A DNA stretch of 63,394 bases, filler included, from Choristocarpus tenellus KU-1152 (taxonomy: Eukaryota; Protista; Phaeophyceae), in the NCBI GenBank assembly GCA_964200185.2. It is 12 parts of 12 records of this genome, joined end to end, with 100 filler letters (N's around TTAATTAATTAA, not from the genome) between each part and the next. Parts side by side here need not be neighbours in the genome. Positions count along the whole stretch, not along the records: positions 22,114 to 29,816 come from CAXNAD020005722.1; positions 29,917 to 35,600 come from CAXNAD020010023.1; positions 35,701 to 40,497 come from CAXNAD020013025.1; 9 more parts are not named here. One strand, given 5' to 3'. Within the stretch, counting starts at the first letter, position 1, and the number at the start of each line of letters is the position of its first letter. Of the stretch, positions 26,103 through 38,051 are shown piece by piece. The notes under the pieces were generated by a model. That model saw only the letters and a program-made list of their open reading frames with translations, did not search any database and was not told the origin of the DNA. The position numbers and the translations under genes are program-made.

Positions 26103-26232
26103 GACCCAAAGTATCTAAGAGGGTACGGCCGCGTCCAAATGGGGTCCAGAATGCAATGTAGCGATTTTGACGTAATTTTGGCAATCGTTTTTGTTGGCAA
26201 GTATGAATTCCCTTGCTCCGGACACACCTTTC
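26103..26232 (+). mobile_element. Diverged left half of a family A MITE
   Basis: gacccaaagtatctaagagggtacggccgcgtcca...ccggacacacctt aligns to 53834-53961. Confidence 0.75.
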
Positions 26233-28365
26233 AGAGTCGTTCCTTTTCGATGTTGTCTTCGTATCAACAGTTATGAACGGTAGGAGTATCTACGTTTGTA
26301 GTATTTTAGAAGTTATCAATATGCGTTTTTATTTCAAATTGGTAGCAATTTGGCAGCTTTTTGAGGATTGGGCAAACTTTGTCAATACTGACCATGATAA
26401 ATCGCATTTCCATGTGAATTTCACGGCCACTTCAGTCAGGTTTTGTGGGTTGGACCAACTCACGTGATGGATGGTAGCAAGTGAGGCACGAATACGGGAG
26501 TAGACTAATGTTTGAAGGAGGGGATGAAAAGGAAATTGAACTGGAGTCCTTTGCCCTGGCCTTGTTGGTTGTAGTGCATCGAAAAAAACATATGCTGATT
26601 GGGATATATTAACGATATTAACATTATAGTGCTTATTCGTATTTGGATCCTCTAAAAAAACGCGGTTTATGTACATTCACCTTTGAAGCACTTCTCACAA
26701 TTCACCACTTTCAATCCCACTTTTTCACGAGATGGAGATATTTATGCCCTTAAAAACACTACAAACGTGGAGATTTGCGCATCTCGGAAACATCCCAATA
26801 TGTTTCCCATCTCATAGACTCCAACACACTGAAAACTTTCCTTGAAATTTGTCCAATTCTAACCCAAAGAGGCGACGAGAAATCCAGACGGCTTATACAT
26901 GTGAGCAATCTCACCCGCTCTGAGCAAGAGAGCCTGAACTATGACACGAAACTTATGTAAGACTATGCATCCGAAAAGATAACATGTTGTACTCAATACC
27001 ACCAAATTATTCAAGATCCACATTGCCAGTCACCTAACACGTGAGGAACACAGAAGAGATGTTGGATCTTAAGGTTGCATTCATCCTTTGGGAAGACAGT
27101 TGGCGACAACACATTGCATTGTCTAAAACCCAACAACACCATTATACACACATTCAGAAGACATCTAATCGGTCGAGCAAGAGAGGCTTAACTATTGTAT
27201 GAAACACATTTATGACTAAGCATTTGAAAGGAGTAACAAGCTTTACTCACTACCACCTAATCATTCAACGTCCACAAGTGAAAATGTTGCTGGCAGATTT
27301 AGGACCAACGAGGCTTATACACATTCACAAATCAATTCCGTCAAATATTCTACAACGTGTGATGGTCAACTTAATAGATCTTACTTTGAACGTTCCTCCC
27401 CATCATCTCCTCAAAACGTTTGAGGCCTCCATCTTCGACCAATCCGATAGCTTGGGGAACGTTTTTGCGGGCATCTGCCACAAGTAATTAGACGACGAAT
27501 ATTGAGGGCACCACTCCTCTGCATCCACGCTGCAAAGGAACATAGACTTCCCCTTGATGAGAATATTGATATCCTCCATCTGCAACGTTTACCTTGGGAA
27601 ACGTTTCACGTCTTCTGGATGCTAATTCGAACCTAGGCTTATGTGAACGCTTATATGTCCGTCCGGGTCTGTGTGGAGGTTGGTTACCTCCCTTGGATCA
27701 TTCCGTACACCTTTTGTATTTCCTCCTCCCATTGAACACCCTTATGTAGTCCGCCTCTCCCTGCTGCGAGGAGCGTCACCTCAGCATCAACTTGTAGATG
27801 CACCTGCATTTGTGTAATGTCCTGACATTGGAACATATAAAAACAATTGTCACAATTGCGGCAAAGAAAACGTTGGGAGGAGGTATAGTGTTGATGTGTG
27901 GGGGAGTTATTACTGCTTGAGAGGTTTAATGTTAGCACCTACCAATTTGACCAACGTGTGTCAATACAAATTATTGTGAAAAAAAAGCCACTTCTCACAG
28001 TCTGAAAAAATAAGACTACCCCAAAGTAAATGTGCAAAATAGGACAATAGTGAAGTGTACCTTATTTTTTGTGTATATGAGGTTATTGTGTTGAATTGAA
28101 TCCATGTGATCTAACTAATGAGATAGTACATCAGGATTATATATGGAATTGTTTATTATTGATTCCCTTTCGCTACTTTGAAATAGGCAGTGAAAACACA
28201 ATAATAATAATAATAAACAAAACAATGAGAAGACACCCCGCAAAGGTCACTCTTCTCATTTCAACCATCCGTTCTTTTCACGTTCAGCAAAGGGGTCGTG
28301 TAAGGCTTCACACCTTCTTATCCTTCACTACTGACAAATAGCATTACCTCCCAAGGTAATTTGCA

Positions 28366-28500
28366 CAGGTTATGAGCCTAAGTATTATGGAGACTGACCT
28401 GAAGAAACTTGCTGTCTGGACAGGGGGGACAGGAAGGTCATTGGAGACCTGATCAACTTGGAGACTGTCACTGATCGCCTACGCTGGTACAACAGACAGA
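28366..28500 (+). mobile_element. Possible copia LTR end, primer-binding site and gag start relic
   Basis: CA followed by GGTTATGAGCC, resembling the copia half-tRNA-iMet PBS (GGTTATGGGCCC). An ATG follows shortly after. Confidence 0.35.
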
Positions 28501-28952
28501 GATTAGAGCCGTTGCGAGCCTACCAGAGAGGGATATGTAGTGGAGAGCGGGGTGGTAGTGGTTCAGTGTCTCAATTTCAGCTGTAATTTGTCTTGATTTT
28601 CAGGTGTATCGCTGGTAGTCCTGTTCGGTTACGGTTCAGTGTAGAAGCAACGAGTAGGCTCGGGCATGGACAGTCAGTCCTCCTGCTCTGCGCTCTGACG
28701 CGTGGTGGAACTTAGTGCGGTGTGCGGTGATATGAGTATAGTATGAATGGATCGTCATCAGGGCTCTGAGCATGAGCCGTACTCTGAAACGTATTGTGTA
28801 TTGTAATGATATGCGTGAGATACAGCAACACTACAGCAGGACCATACTGCTGTTATTCCCTTTCTGGATACAGTATGTACTGTACAATACTGCTGTACAT
28901 TGTCCAGTACCGCTGTCTATGCAATATGACACAATGTGCATGGTACGGAATG

Positions 28953-29507
28953 TGATGAAACACTAGTAAATCCCTGAGGTACCGAGTAGATAGGCCGAGT
29001 AGAGACTATCTACTTGGTAGCTCAGGGGTTTAGGTAATTTTCTAACCAACGCTATTGTCATGGGATCGAATACCGGTATGGTCACATGGTTACATATCCG
29101 TCAAAAGGCTAAACACCCCACCAGGATACACAACCTCACATTAGTAAATACTCCGCCGAAGCCGGTCACTGGTTAGAGGGATAGCAACCCTCGGGCGAAA
29201 CATAAACAAGTCTAACCACTTGCGATCCCCGCGAGTAGCTTTTGATGAAACACTAGTAAACCCCTGAGCTATCCGGCCGGATAGCTCAGGGGTTTACTAG
29301 TGTTTGTGACTATCTGCTCGGTAGCTCAGGGGTTTACTAGTGTTTGTGACTATCTGCTCGGTTGCTCAGGGGTTTACTAGTGTTTCAACGTAGCAGGGGC
29401 TTACTAGTGTTTGTGACTATCTGCTCGGTTGCTCAGGGGTTTAGTAGTGTTTCAACATAGTCAGCTGACTATCTGCTCGGCAGCTCAGGGGTTAACTAAT
29501 GTTCTAA
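28953..29507. repeat. Foldback/tandem repeat complex: inverted pair, perfect 58-bp palindrome (29248-29305) and 40-bp tandem units
   Basis: aaacactagtaaacccctgagctatccgg|ccggatagctcaggggtttactagtgttt, then units gtgactatctgctcggt(a/t)gctcaggggtttactagtgttt. Confidence 0.9.
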
Positions 29508-30299
29508 CTACAATACCTACCCCGATTATATGCCAACAATTATGTGCCAAATCGAAAAATATTCAATTTTGTACCGATTTTTTCGACATGCTCAAAAAAT
29601 AGGTTTTTGTACCGGAATGCTCGTATTCGGGCGATTTGGCACAAAATCGGGAGATATTCACGCGAGTTTGGCGCGCGCGTAAAATTTCTCGCGAAAAGTG
29701 CCTTTCTTCCTTAGTCATGACCACACAGCAGTACAGTACGTTGCTGGTAGGGGAATAAAGTGGAAGCCATGCCTTTTGCCGTGGGAAACTTCTGCAAGAT
29801 GCCTTCAAATACACTGNNNNNNNNNNNNNNNNNNNNNNNNNNNNNNNNNNNNNNNNNNNNTTAATTAATTAANNNNNNNNNNNNNNNNNNNNNNNNNNNN
29901 NNNNNNNNNNNNNNNNCCCCCCCTCGCCGCAGATACTTTGGGTCATTATTATTATTATTATTATTTTGTCTTTTGTGGAAAATTGAGACCTCTTTCTTTG
30001 GTGTTTTTTATTTTTTATATAAGTTTGAGATAAAAAAAATATTCATTCCTTTACAGTTTGATTGTGATTCAGTCCTTACAGAAGGTGACTTGGCTTCACC
30101 TTGCAAGGTGTATGTACAGGAATATTCTCTTTTTTATTTCACAAGTCTTCGAAAAGCAGAAGAATATTCTCTTTTTTTAATTTTTTTTGTGAAAGGCTCT
30201 TTTCATCGAGGAGAGTATGAATGTACAGGATACACTGGACATGGCAGAAGAACTTTTTTTTTTGTATTCAATGGGCGTTGTAGATATATAAATATATAT

Positions 30300-30333
<34 letters not shown>

Positions 30334-30879
30334 TTAATTTATATTAGAAAGGTACAAGATTTTTTTTTTTGAGAACAAAATGCACTCTCACCTATGTTAA
30401 GAATATGAATTACTGCAAGGGTAAGGGAAAGAATCGATTGTTCTTTGTTTAGATTCAAGATGGGAAATCTACTTCAAAGCACATGTGTTTTATCTTTTTA
30501 TATTTGATGCCTGTTGACCTTTCGTGAACATTGTGTAATGGGAGGGTTGTGTTATGGGAGGGTTGAAAGTAACGTGCAAGGATAAGAAGAAAATTGAACA
30601 CTGCAATAGGAGACGCCTTCCATTGTGCGAGTAAGAAAATATATTATAAACAAAAACGCCTTCCTGTAATTGATCGTTTTTTGGGGTGCACTCCCGCCTT
30701 AACATGTTTGTTGTGTGTTTAAGGTTTTTGCAATGGTTGGCAGTAACGCCTTAACATGTTTGTTGTATAGGTACATAGACTAACTCTGTACTGGTAGCTT
30801 GTTTAACTCCTATCAATAGTACTAACAGTACTAACCCTAACCCTAACAGTAGTAGTGGTGAAAATAACAAAATAAATCG

Positions 30880-31235
30880 ATAGTACTGGTACTAGTGGTA
30901 GCAGCAGTAGCGGTAGTAGTAGTAGTAATAGTAATACTAGTAGTAGTAGTGGTAGTAGTACTAGTAATAGTAGCAGCAGTAGCAGTAGTAGTAGTAGTAG
31001 TAGTAGTGGTAGTAGTAATAGTAATACTAGTAGTAGTAGTGGTAGTAGTACTAGTAATAGTAGCAGCAGCAGCAGTAGGAGTAGTAATAGTAGTAGTAGT
31101 GGTAGTAGTGGTAGTAATAGTAATACTAGTAGTAGTAGTGGTAGTAGTAATAGTAATACTAGTAGTAGTGGTAGTAGTAGTAATGGTAGTAGTAGAGTAG
31201 TAGTAGCAATAGCAGCAGCAGCAGCAGCAGTAATA
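30880..31235. repeat. Compound (AGT/AGC)n microsatellite
   Basis: Trinucleotide tract that generates spurious poly-Leu and poly-Val ORFs. Confidence 0.95.
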
Positions 31236-31264
31236 AAATTATCTTCCCCCATGTCCTTTGTTTG

Positions 31265-31370
31265 CTCTCAATTTGGATTGATTTACTCTCAATTTTGATT
31301 GATTTATTTTGATTGATTTACTCTCAATTTTGATTGATTTACTCTCAATTTTGATTGATTTACTCCAATT
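31265..31370. repeat. 21-bp minisatellite (ttgattgatttactctcaatt), about 4-5 copies
   Basis: Direct tandem copies. Confidence 0.9.
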
Positions 31371-31455
31371 TTTTTCACGCCTCTATTTCCTTGGTACAGG
31401 ACTCTCAATTTGTTGCAGAGGTTGCGGGTGGAGAGTTCAAATATGGTCAGGTGAG

Positions 31456-31940
31456 CTACCTATCATGAGAGTGTATTACTTACCTGCAATGAGATTGTAT
31501 TACCTACCTGCAATGAGAGTGTATTACCTACCTATCATGAGATTGTATTACTTACCTATCATGAGAGTGTATTACCTACCTGCAATGAGATTGTATTACC
31601 TACCTATCATGAGAGTGTATTACCTACCTGCAATGAGATTGTATTACCTACCTATCATGAGAGTGTATTACCTACCTGCAATGAGATTGTATTACCTACC
31701 TATCATGAGAGTGTATTACCTACCTGCAATGAGATTGTATTACCTACCTATCATGAGAGTGTATTACCTACCTGCAATGAGATTGTATTACCTACCTATC
31801 ATGAGAGTGTATTACCTACCTATCATGAGAGTGTATTACCTACCTGCAATGAGATTGTATTACCTACCTATTATGAGAGTGTATTACCTACCTACAATGA
31901 GATTGTATTACCTACCTATCATGAGAGTGTATTACCTACC
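31456..31940. repeat. 24-bp minisatellite, about 20 copies, with alternating variants
   Basis: ctacctatcatgagagtgtattac alternates with ctacctgcaatgagattgtattac. Confidence 0.95.
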
Positions 31941-32140
31941 AAACTACGTACCATGTACTATGTACTATGTAGTATTCCAGAGTGGATTTCTTGACTCTGT
32001 TTCCCTTAGTATTTTTTAACGTTTTGTATTTTAGCAAAATACGTTTTTTACTGTATTATTAATTATTATCATTATCGATGATGCTTACACTCATTATCGA
32101 TGAGGGTTTTTTTTTTCTTTTTCTTCGTGTTCCTGCTGGG

Positions 32141-32302
32141 GCTCGAAGTATCTGGGGGAGGGGTTAGGGTTAGGTCTACACCAAGGTGTCCATTCGGGAC
32201 CTACCTGGTCAGGAGAAGTGCACTTACATTATCCATCCGACGCATGCAACCAATTAACACAATAAATCGTGATATGGAAAAATTGGCCCCGAATAGACAG
32301 CT
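32141..32302 (+). mobile_element. Partial, diverged family B MITE
   Basis: ggctcgaagtatctggggg...gtgtccatt...ttatccatccgac...gacagc aligns to 52347-52500. Confidence 0.7.
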
Positions 32303-32955
32303 GCTCTTAGTGACTGTTGATATAGTTTGATCTGGTTTGATACTATTTTGCTGTTCAAATGATGATAGTAATAATAATAATAATAATCCAACCCCACCAC
32401 CACCTCCACCCCCCCCCAACAACACCTACGCCCACCACCCCCAACCTCCCTCNNNNNNNNNNTGTTTTTAAATTTTTTTCTATTACAAATAATAAAAATA
32501 AAAAAAAAAATAACAACCCCCCCCCCCCCCCCCCCCCGCCCCCTCCAGATATAGAGTGACTAAATTGTTTTTTATTATGCTCTTAGTGACTGTTAATATA
32601 GTATGATCTGGTTTGATACTGTTTTGCTGTTCAAATGATGATAGTAATAATAATAATGAATGCCTACGGTAGTGTGTGTATTTAATGTTTATTATAATAA
32701 TAATAATAATATTTGTGTAGGTGTTGGTTTGCCTGTTTCGGGCACCTCGTGGATTGAGAATAATAAGAACAATAATAAGAATAATAATATCTTTCGAAAT
32801 TTCATCCAAAAAAGGCTGTATGTTGATGTAGTGCTTGGATTATCTCTCTGCAATCGTTGCTGGACTATTTATCGTATGTTGTCTGGAGGGTAAAGTGTGG
32901 TATTCACTCTTTAGATGATCGATCCATACTGTCCCCATTGGAAGATTTGACTTGG

Positions 32956-33219
32956 GAGTGAAAGTGTCTTAGAGGGTACGAGTTGTACCCTGTTTGTCCA
33001 TTTGGGGCTTGGCTTCCCTCAGGGTTTTTGATGACATTTTCCTACTCCAAAATGTTTTAGGAGTGGGTAAAATGCATAGGTTATGAAAAGGTGTGTCCAC
33101 AAAAGGATACTGACACTTCCTAACAAACATAATAATAGCCAACATTTTATCGAAACCGCAACATTGGATTTTGGTCCCCAAATGGATGTAGCTCTACCCT
33201 CTATAATATATTTTGACTC
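32956..33219 (-). mobile_element. Full family A MITE (264 bp), TSD TTGG
   Basis: ttgg at 32952-32955 and 33220-33223, with GAG...CTC termini. Confidence 0.92.
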
Positions 33220-33785
33220 TTGGATGAAGGTGTAGACTGTAGTAGATGACTTGACTGACCGATTTTCATCAGGACATGGGCGTGCGCTTGATTTGACCGA
33301 TTTTTGACCGATTTTCCATGCCGCCAAGAGCTTGTACAAATCTGCTGAATGTGGAATGTTTAGTCTCTCTTTCCCTCAACCTTAGTAACATTTTATGACA
33401 ATTAGATTAGGGTTAGGCTTTGTATCGTTCAAATACCTGTACCTTCTTGTACCTTCTTGTACCTTCTTGTGGGCTATGAACTGGTGTCAGTCAGTATTGG
33501 TATCAGTGCTGTACATGGAACTTGGCTTCCCACTTACAGTCAGTGATTTGTGTTGTGTTTTCATACTAGTGGGAAGCCAAGTTGCCTGTGAACCACTTTT
33601 TTTGTTTTGGTCAAGTTTCTCTTATTTTGAGACACATTTTCTGTGTCTCATGGCAAAAAAACATGTACTCTCCTACATTAAATCACCTGCTTGAGTGCGT
33701 GTGTGTGTGTGTATTTATTTATTTATATTTACATTTATATATATTTATATTTATATTTATATTTATATATATGTATATATATATA

Positions 33786-34397
33786 CCTCCCTCTGTCACA
33801 TAAGTCTGTGCCTTTATGCATGCACCTCTACGGGGGATGACCTCCGATTTAATTTAAAAAAAAAATGATTTTTGCATTGGATTCCTCAGAACAATTTTTA
33901 CGTAAGACAGGTCACATTTAGAAGAGTATAGGAAGGTCTGGACCGTTTCGAAACACGGGCTACTCATCTTTGTGTTATTGATATTGATATTGATATTGAT
34001 AAGGATATTATACTTCCCTCTGTCCAACAAGCCTGTTCCCTTTATGCATGCACCTCTTCGGGATGACCTCCGATTAAAAAAATAGAATAAATAATCCATT
34101 GGATTCCTTTTTGTGTTTTTTTTTACAGTAGAAGATCTCTCCTCGCTGTCTCAATCGACCAAATCCAATTCAGTGCCCCTTCTTGTGGGCCTATGCCCCC
34201 GCGCTTAACCTCTGTTCCATATTTTTTTTCGAAAATGGTCGGGATTTTTTTTTTTTAACGTATATAACTCGTCTTACGTAAAAAAAAAATGTTCTGAGGA
34301 ATCCGACTCAAAAATCCGTTTGTTTGTTTTTTTAAATCAGAGGTCATCTCGGAGAGGGGTGCATGCATAAAGGGAACAGACTTACAAGACAGAGGGA
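33786..34397 (-). mobile_element. Stowaway-like MITE: full copy 34013-34397 plus partial copy 33786-33920
   Basis: Termini cttccctctgtcc...gacagagggag. Interior is the reverse complement of 19761-20107. Confidence 0.78.
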
Positions 34398-35700
34398 GTG
34401 TATAATAATCAGTCCTCTTATCGATCTGATGATGAACTGAGTAAGTCCTTGTAACATTGCCCTTCAGTGCCCATCTTGGATTTTCGTCCCTCCCACTGAC
34501 AATTGTAGATGTGTCAGGGGAGATGGTGGATCAGCAAGATGCTAGGCATTCACCCATAGTGGTACACTTTTTTGAGTACGGTTAGTCATTTATCGTTACA
34601 CTTTTTTTTCCCTTGGGAATGTTGTTTTCTTGTAAATATATATTTTTTGTCTCCTCCCCTGACAAACAAACACACACACGCATGTTCCCTTGCCTATTAG
34701 TGTGGCTCTACCAACATGAATGTCGGTAGAGTATCAATGTCGTTTTTGATGTGCTTGCTACTGTTGCCAAAATTCTGCATATTTTTTGGGAATGAAACGA
34801 AGGCGTTGTCTGTATATTTTTTTATTATATTTTAGCACCTTGCGACTTGTGGTTAGGGTTAGGGTTAGCGTTATGGTTAGAAAGCTTTGCGACTTGTGGT
34901 TTGTTGGAAAGAGTCATGGCCTACCTCTCCTTGCTTTGTTGTTGAAAAAAAAAAAAAAGACGGGTAGCCGGCTGAATCTTTACCGGCTCTATCTTTACTT
35001 GAAAAAAACAAAAACAAGTATGAAGGATGCGTCGAAACAAAACACACGGATTTTTTTTTCTGTGTTTCCTTAATTGTTCTTTTTTTGTTGTAAAAACGTT
35101 TGTACCGTTTTGCGACATATATATATATATATATTTATTTATTTAATGCCCTCTATCGCCAATGAAAAAATATTTAATGAAAAAAAAACGTTTGATTGAG
35201 AAAAAAAAATCAATGTGAGGTCATATCTTGTCTCTTGCTCTCCTTTCAAACTGTGGATGGTTGTTGGATGCAGAAAATGAGGAAACCCTATCCCTTGCTA
35301 TGGAACTGGTCTATATTATCTACTACTTGATATTTCAATAACTAATTTTGTCAATCAAAACGATAGGGGATCATTGTACACAATGAAAACGTGTTTTTTT
35401 TTTTTATTGGACTGACTATAAGTGCCGTGATTCATTACTTTTTTTAAAAACTATGGATGCTTGTGGTTGCTTGCCTTTTGTTTTTCTGCTGAAGTGTATG
35501 ACCAGGGTCAAAGTATCTGGGGGGGGGGGGGGGGGGTGGCCGTTTTTCCCCCTTTTTTTTTGTTTTGAGTGGGGAAGAGCGTCGGGTGGGGAAAGAGGGT
35601 NNNNNNNNNNNNNNNNNNNNNNNNNNNNNNNNNNNNNNNNNNNNTTAATTAATTAANNNNNNNNNNNNNNNNNNNNNNNNNNNNNNNNNNNNNNNNNNNN

Positions 35701-36006
35701 CACCCTCCACCTATTCCACCCCCCCAGGCACCTCCAAGACTACTACCAGCAGTGACAGTGCTCCTCTTTGGCTCCCCTTGGGAATGCACTGATGAACCAA
35801 AGGAGCATGACACCTCCTCAGGTTCCTCGTCAGTGCTGCATTCAGACCCACCCACACTCTCTTGTGGTGTTTGGCAATGCACATGGTGGGGGTTAGTACC
35901 TGTTGCACTTTCCCCCTGCTGCCCCCTCCCCCAGACAGGCACTCCTCGGGGAACATAATCTACTGGTGTCATGGGCAAGAATCCGAGGTTTGGGATATCC
36001 TCCACC
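35701..36006 (-). CDS. GT1/UDP-glycosyltransferase-like gene, exon 3 (runs off the contig)
   Basis: CCAG acceptor. Phase 2 join TG+G gives W-VEDIPNLGFLPM. Frame is open to the contig end. Confidence 0.65.
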
Positions 36007-36436
36007 CTGGAGGCCAGTTGTTTGGTCATGTAATATTAATGATCAATTAGGTCACAAAACGCCAAACAGTAGCAAGTGAGGGAGGCAGCAAATGCATATT
36101 GGGTTGTATAAAGGTCGATTTGTAGAAAACCTTAGTTATAAGAGGGCACAACTTCTTAAGGGAACACATACCAGTCGTGGCCATGTTACACCTCCATGAC
36201 AAATGAAACATACATTTTCCTTAAAACACAACAGCAAGAATGCCTCCACACAACTGTTTGATGGTTGATGCTGCAGTAATATGTCAGAAACTATTCTCCT
36301 TCTTTGAGTGTATCATTCTTACCACAAAATTTCGATGTACTCTCTTAAAACCAATAGATCTATCATTTTAAGTATTGACAACTACTCAGTTAGACTTCAC
36401 CCAAAAACCAGTGTCACTATCACCAATAATACTAAC

Positions 36437-36625
36437 CACCGGTGCAGACCAGCAGGCAGAGCTAAGCGAACCCTGTAACCCCTGAGTATCATCTCCTGAG
36501 CCATAGCCTTGAGGGGCTCCACAGCACCCTCATCCGCCACACCAACAAATAGCACATATCGCTGCCGTTGTTCATGGTCCTTTGGCACTGTCCTCTCAGG
36601 GGATCTGGACGGGTCAGAGGCAGTA
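36437..36625 (-). CDS. GT1/UDP-glycosyltransferase-like gene, exon 2
   Basis: YVLFVGVADEGAVEPLKAMAQEMILRGYRVRLALP matches the GT-B N-terminal GxxxP..LA..L..RGxxV motif. Pyrimidine tract plus CAG acceptor, GTTAGT donor. Confidence 0.75.
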
Positions 36626-37740
36626 CTGCCCAAGAGCAGAAGCATTTACTAGGGGCCTTGCAGTTGAAGATACTACCACCAGAAGAGATAATACTATGAC
36701 TTCGTTTCTGGTAGTGATTGAAAGGTGCTTTTGCAAACACGAGAAGGTGTAGGGACAAAAGAGTTTGCAGCCTACTGATATGGATCACAGGCTGTAAGGA
36801 ATACACAACTTTCCACCTATCCTATCACTATGTGGCCGTGTTGGGGAAGGCAAGGGTAAGAGTTGTAGACGGTAATCACGATATAAATTGGGTAACAATT
36901 CTGTAACCAAAAGACCATAGTCGGATCAGTGTTGGCATGAGAAGAGACAGATAACTCACCTTTCTTGAAAGAAAAATGTTAATATTTATGTCTATGATTT
37001 CTCACTGCTGTTCTGGCAAATCAAAGAATTCGAATCGATGGTGCTCGAGTCATCTATCCCTTCAACCGTGCAACAAAAATCGAAAAAAACGGACTCATTC
37101 TCGTAAACTCAACGAGGTTTAGGTTCCATGGAAATACACTACAAGTTATGTTTGACCTGTCAACTACCTGCAGTCCCTGGCATAGAATTGGCTAACCGAA
37201 ACAGCTTCAGAGGCATACTTCCGACACCGCCCAACCTTTGATACAAGACCGAAGGACGAGTGTAGGTGAAGAAATGTAGTTTGACATGCTGTAAATCCAT
37301 GGTTACGAGTTGCTAGTACCGTGAGGATTGCGGGAAACTTGGACAACCCATACCGACTTAGGAATTAACAGACATAACAGGCTGTAACTGTGGTAAAGCA
37401 GCGATCACCAAAGACTGTTGCATGTCTCTAGCTGTACCAAGAGTAACTCAAGGCAACAACGACGAGAGATGATCAATAGTTATTTGGGTATGAATCCTAC
37501 GCCAGTTAACAATTCGTATACTACTCGGATTCGAAGCTCTCCAACAGCAATGACCACGAACTGGACAGGCATGCAAAAAGAGCGAAACGGAAGTTCTGGA
37601 AGTCGTCCTTCAGATTGGGCTACTTCCCGCACTGTAGATGTTGAGGGAATAACTACCGGGTAGAAAAAACTAGTGCAGCTTACAAATGTAGGCAGTAGAT
37701 TCGAGCTCCAGTATTTTGTTGTGGGTATATATCTACTCAC

Positions 37741-38051
37741 CCTGGTGCCCAGGAGTTGTCCCCTGTCCTAGTGCCAGCACTCCATGCCTCTCGTACTTCT
37801 ACACCCATACCCATCCCCTTGGTCGGAGACAAGCAAATCATGTATCCCGCTATAGCTAATGCCATCAGCCTGAGAAGAGGGAGTAACCATGCTCTTCCAC
37901 GCCTCACTAGAACACCCCCAAGCGGAAGACGAGAGGACGAGGTCCCAGACACCATCACCAACCCAGCACGGAGCTCTCGAAATGGGGGTAGTGGGGCACA
38001 TCCAGGCTGACGGGGTTGTCCTCCCCTGTTATCCACAGAGGAATCAAGCAT
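37741..38051 (-). CDS. GT1-like gene, putative exon 1 (hydrophobic anchor segment; start uncertain)
   Basis: Open frame ending GG|GTGAGT. Phase 2 matches exon 2 (GG+T = Gly). Confidence 0.55.

Noticed and set aside
29248-29507. CRISPR-like array
   Set aside because: Contiguous 40-bp units without unique spacers.
30803-32019. ORFs 30803-31252, 30895-31200 and 31309-32019
   Set aside because: Translations of micro- and minisatellites.
32301-32657. ~80-bp direct repeat flanking the 10-N gap
   Set aside because: Probably a scaffolding overlap around a poly-C tract with low-quality sequence.
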